A DNA stretch of 64,000 nt, from NCBI GenBank assembly GCA_039630575.1, contig JBCNUW010000007.1, forward strand, positions 1 through 64,000, in the 5' to 3' direction. Below, piece after piece: positions 60,767-64,000 of the stretch (position 1 is its first letter; the number at the start of each line of letters is the position of its first letter). The notes below the pieces were generated by a model. That model worked only from the letters and a program-made list of their open reading frames with translations, made no database searches and had not been told where the DNA came from. This stretch comes from Candidatus Hydrothermales bacterium. GTDB taxonomy: Bacteria > Hydrothermota > Hydrothermia > Hydrothermales > JAJRUZ01. Both the position numbers and the translations under genes were made by a program.

Positions 60767-61941
60767 AAACTATTTTCTAAATATTTCACAATCTCTAAAA
60801 AACCAATCTCTGATATTTTCTTTGCTCTTTCAAAAGCCCTTTTAGAATTTTTACTGAGATTTGTTAATTTTTCCTTATCATGAATTATATCTTTAAAAAT
60901 CTCAAAAAATTCCTCAAAATCCTTACATTTTACTCCTCCCTTTTCTTTTATCAAGACTTCCTCCATACCTTTAACATTTGAAGTATAGGGCCCGAAAAAA
61001 ACAGGAACACCAAATTGAGTAGGCTCAAGAAGATTATGTCCTCCATAAGGTGCAAAAGTTCCACATACAACTACAACATCACTTAAAGGAAAAACTTTTA
61101 TAAGATCACCCAATGTATCAAGTATTAAAACCCTTGTTTTCCCTCTAAAGTCTTTTCTTTCCTCTGAAAATTTAACATATCTTATGTTTTTTAACCTTAA
61201 AAAATTTTCTAACAAGATTATGGATTCTAAGTGTCTAACAGCAATTATAAATCCTATATTTTCATTTATCTTCATAATCTTATCAATAAAGTTAACTACA
61301 CCTTTGAATTCCCTTGTTCTTACGCTTGCAAAAGTAACAGTGAAGTCAAAAGGTTTTTCAAATAGTGGGGTAATATTTTTATTTTCACTTAAAATTTTTA
61401 GATTTCCCGAAATAAAAACTTTATTCTCCTCTACATTGAAGTACTTAAGAATTTTTTTTTCTTTAAGACTTATAACGAAAAATTTATCAAAATTACTTAA
61501 AATTTTAGCAAAATAATTTTTTAAAAGTTTCCATCTTAAAAAGGATTTTTCAGAAATTCTGCCATTTACAAGAATTAAACCTTTTTTATTCTTTTTTATT
61601 TCAAATATAATGTTTGGCCAAAACTCACTTTCTGCCAGTACCAAAAGTTTTGACTTTTTCTCAATTTTTTTTATTAAAAGGGGATTATCATAGGGAAAAA
61701 GAAAAACCCTTCCCATAAAATACTCTTCTGCTCTCTTTTTTCCTGACTCTGTCATAGTTGTTATAAAAAAAGGAACATTTCTTTTTATAAAATAATCTAA
61801 CAGAGGCTTTATTGAGACAACTTCTCCTAATGAAGCTGCATGAAACCATATGGAATCTTTTTCTATATCAAAATCCTTTATTCTTCTATATGCAAATGGG
61901 TAAGTAAAAGAAGAAAGAGTTTTATATAAAATATTAATCAT
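60763..61941 (-). CDS. waaA: 3-deoxy-D-manno-octulosonic acid (Kdo) transferase
   Basis: IWFHAASLGEV, ESEFWPN, VNGRIS, GNLK, DTLGDL, GGHNLLEP. Start ATG 61941 (ATGA overlap with guaA). Confidence 0.93.
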   Translation of the reverse strand: MINILYKTLSSFTYPFAYRRIKDFDIEKDSIWFHAASLGEVVSIKPLLDYFIKRNVPFFITTMTESGKKRAEEYFMGRVFLFPYDNPLLIKKIEKKSKLLVLAESEFWPNIIFEIKKNKKGLILVNGRISEKSFLRWKLLKNYFAKILSNFDKFFVISLKEKKILKYFNVEENKVFISGNLKILSENKNITPLFEKPFDFTVTFASVRTREFKGVVNFIDKIMKINENIGFIIAVRHLESIILLENFLRLKNIRYVKFSEERKDFRGKTRVLILDTLGDLIKVFPLSDVVVVCGTFAPYGGHNLLEPTQFGVPVFFGPYTSNVKGMEEVLIKEKGGVKCKDFEEFFEIFKDIIHDKEKLTNLSKNSKRAFERAKKISEIGFLEIVKYLENSL

Positions 61942-63485
61942 TCCCACTCTATAGTAGAAGGAGGTTTAGAAGTTATATCGTAAACAACTCTATTTACACC
62001 CCTTATCTCTCCTATAATTCTTCTTGCAATCCTATCTAAAAGAAAAAATGGAAGCTTTGCCCAATCAGCAGTCATTCCATCCACACTTTTAACAGCCCTT
62101 ATAGCAACAACTTTTTCATAAGTTCTTTGGTCTCCCATAACTCCCACCGATTTAACAGGTAAAAGCACAGGAAAAACTTGCCACAATTTTCTATAAAGTG
62201 AAAAACGCTTTATTTCCTCCTCAACTATTAAATCAGCCTTCTTAATAATTTCAAGCTTTTCTTCATCTACTTCTCCGATAATTCTTATTGCCATTCCAGG
62301 CCCTGGAAAGGGGTGCCTTTCTAAAATTTCCTCTGGAACATTTAGCTTCTTTCCTATCTTTCTTACCTCATCCTTAAAAAGCTCCTTAAATGGCTCAAGT
62401 AAAACAAAAGGGTGATCATCTGGTACACCTCCCACATTGTGATGAGTTTTTATCTTACTTGAGGGTCCTTTATAACTCTTTGACTCTATTAAGTCTGGAT
62501 ATAAAGTTCCCTGTGCTAAAAAGCCAATTTTTTCTCCTTTCTTTTTGCTTAATTCTCTTGCCTTTCTTTCAAAAACCTCAAAAAAAAGTTTTCCTATTAT
62601 CTTTCTTTTTTCCTCAGGATCAGTTACACCCCTTAAAGCACTGAGAAACTCTTCTTTTGCATCTACTATATTTAAGTTTTTAAAATTACTGAAAAGCCTT
62701 TTTACTCTTTCCTCTTCTTTCTCTTTTAGTAAACCAGTATCAACAAATATTGGATAAAATCTCTCACCAAGTGCTTTTTTTAATAAGAAGGCAAGTATAG
62801 AGGAATCTACTCCTCCTGATAAGGCAAGAAAACAAAATTCATCTTTAACAGTTTCTTTTATTTCTTCAATTTTCTCTTCAATAAAATTACTTATTTTCCA
62901 ATTCCTTTTTATTTTCAAAATTTTAAAAAGAAAATTTTTTATAATTTTTTTTCCGTTTTTTGTGTGATAAACTTCTGGATGAAATTGAACACCATAAATT
63001 TTTGAACTTGTATTCTCAATAGATGCATAGGGTGAAAACTCAGTTTCACCTGTTACTTTAAAACCAAAAGGCAAAATTTTTACATAATCTCCATGACTCA
63101 TCCAAACTCTAAACTCTTTTTCAATTCCATCAAAAAGCTCTGAGTCTTTTATTACCTTAAAAAGTGCAAAACCGTATTCCCTGTTTTTAGAACTTGTAAC
63201 CTTACCTCCAAATAAATGAGCAATTAGCTGCAAACCGTAACAGATTCCTAAAACAGGTTTTCCTATTCTAAGAATTTCTTTCTCTACCAGAGGAGCATTT
63301 TTATCGTAAACACTTTTTGGACCCCCTGATAGAATAATTCCTTTTGTATCAGGTGAAGATAAAATTTCTTTTAAATTTTCTTCAAAAGGAGAAACTATTA
63401 TTGAAAATACATTTAGCTCTCTTATTCTCCTTGCTATAAGCATTGTATATTGTGAACCGAAGTCTATTATAACTACTTTCTCCAT
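61938..63485 (-). CDS. guaA: GMP synthase (glutamine-hydrolysing)
   Basis: DFGSQY, GICYGLQ, QFHPEV, LSGGVDS, IKTHHNVGG, HPFPGPG, KPPSTIEWE. Confidence 0.98.
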   Translation of the reverse strand: MEKVVIIDFGSQYTMLIARRIRELNVFSIIVSPFEENLKEILSSPDTKGIILSGGPKSVYDKNAPLVEKEILRIGKPVLGICYGLQLIAHLFGGKVTSSKNREYGFALFKVIKDSELFDGIEKEFRVWMSHGDYVKILPFGFKVTGETEFSPYASIENTSSKIYGVQFHPEVYHTKNGKKIIKNFLFKILKIKRNWKISNFIEEKIEEIKETVKDEFCFLALSGGVDSSILAFLLKKALGERFYPIFVDTGLLKEKEEERVKRLFSNFKNLNIVDAKEEFLSALRGVTDPEEKRKIIGKLFFEVFERKARELSKKKGEKIGFLAQGTLYPDLIESKSYKGPSSKIKTHHNVGGVPDDHPFVLLEPFKELFKDEVRKIGKKLNVPEEILERHPFPGPGMAIRIIGEVDEEKLEIIKKADLIVEEEIKRFSLYRKLWQVFPVLLPVKSVGVMGDQRTYEKVVAIRAVKSVDGMTADWAKLPFFLLDRIARRIIGEIRGVNRVVYDITSKPPSTIEWE

Positions 63486-63502
63486 TTCAAAAAATATTAA
63501 CT

Positions 63503-64000
63503 TTATCTTTTTTCATAAATTACTCCTCCACCTAAAAGTATTTCATCTTCGTAAAAGGCAGCAATCTGACCTGGTGTTGGAGCAAATTGCTCCACTTCAA
63601 AACTCACCTCAGCATAATCTTCATAAAATTTAACTTTTGCTGCACTTTCTTTATGCAAATTTCTTATTTTAACCATAAGTTTTTTTTCACCTTTTATTTT
63701 ATCAAAAAGATTCAATTTGGATACAAAGATATTTTTCTTCATTAATTCATTTCTAAAATTTACCTTTACGATATTATTTTGCGGATCTATTTCTGAAACA
63801 TAGAGCCTTTCTCCAATAGAAACATTTAAACCTTTTCTCTGACCTATAGTGTAATTATAAAAACCATTATGAATACCAATTTTTCTACCTCCAAAATGAA
63901 TTTCTCCCTCTTTTTCCCCGAGTTTTTCTTTTAAAAATTCACCTATACTTCCATTAATAAAGCAAAGATCTTGGGATTCTTCATAATAAAAAGATAAATT
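63503..64000 (-). CDS. mnmA: tRNA 2-thiouridylase MnmA, 5'-truncated by the window edge
   Basis: The frame is open from the window edge: ESQDLCF...HNGFYNYTIGQRKGL...APTPGQIAAFY...LGGGVI. Confidence 0.93.
   Translation of the reverse strand, partial: NLSFYYEESQDLCFINGSIGEFLKEKLGEKEGEIHFGGRKIGIHNGFYNYTIGQRKGLNVSIGERLYVSEIDPQNNIVKVNFRNELMKKNIFVSKLNLFDKIKGEKKLMVKIRNLHKESAAKVKFYEDYAEVSFEVEQFAPTPGQIAAFYEDEILLGGGVIYEKR

Overview
AT-rich, gene-dense chromosomal segment of a diderm, LPS-making bacterium (waaA, lpxH, lptD, GT9, O-antigen ligase). It has T9SS-like components and Lys/Glu/Ile-rich, thermophile-like proteins. Gene content is reminiscent of candidate phylum WOR-3, but that is an inference. 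The window holds about 48 genes, mostly dispersed housekeeping genes (gltX, gcvPB, pyrC, ribH, ribBA, prfA, dcd, cysS, mazG, purH, rnr, pyrG, lgt, accD, rpsA, cmk-plsC, guaA, partial mnmA), two tRNAs (Cys-GCA, Ile-GAT) and a frameshifted pseudogene at the left edge. I found no CRISPR array, rRNA or mobile element. The most interesting signals concern gene expression. (1) A recurrent tRNA T-loop-like mini-hairpin, GG-TTCNANY-CC, lies on the coding strand in five 5' leaders, mostly of genes without a Shine-Dalgarno (SD) sequence; it is a candidate undescribed cis-element. (2) Leaderless architecture is pervasive (-10 box 5-7 nt before the start codon), often as overlapping bidirectional promoters. 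(3) Exported proteins carry ultra-short (~10 aa) signal peptides. (4) An uncharacterised GlmL-like ASKHA ATPase module occurs without any mutase. All product calls come from motif recognition by eye, not database searches.
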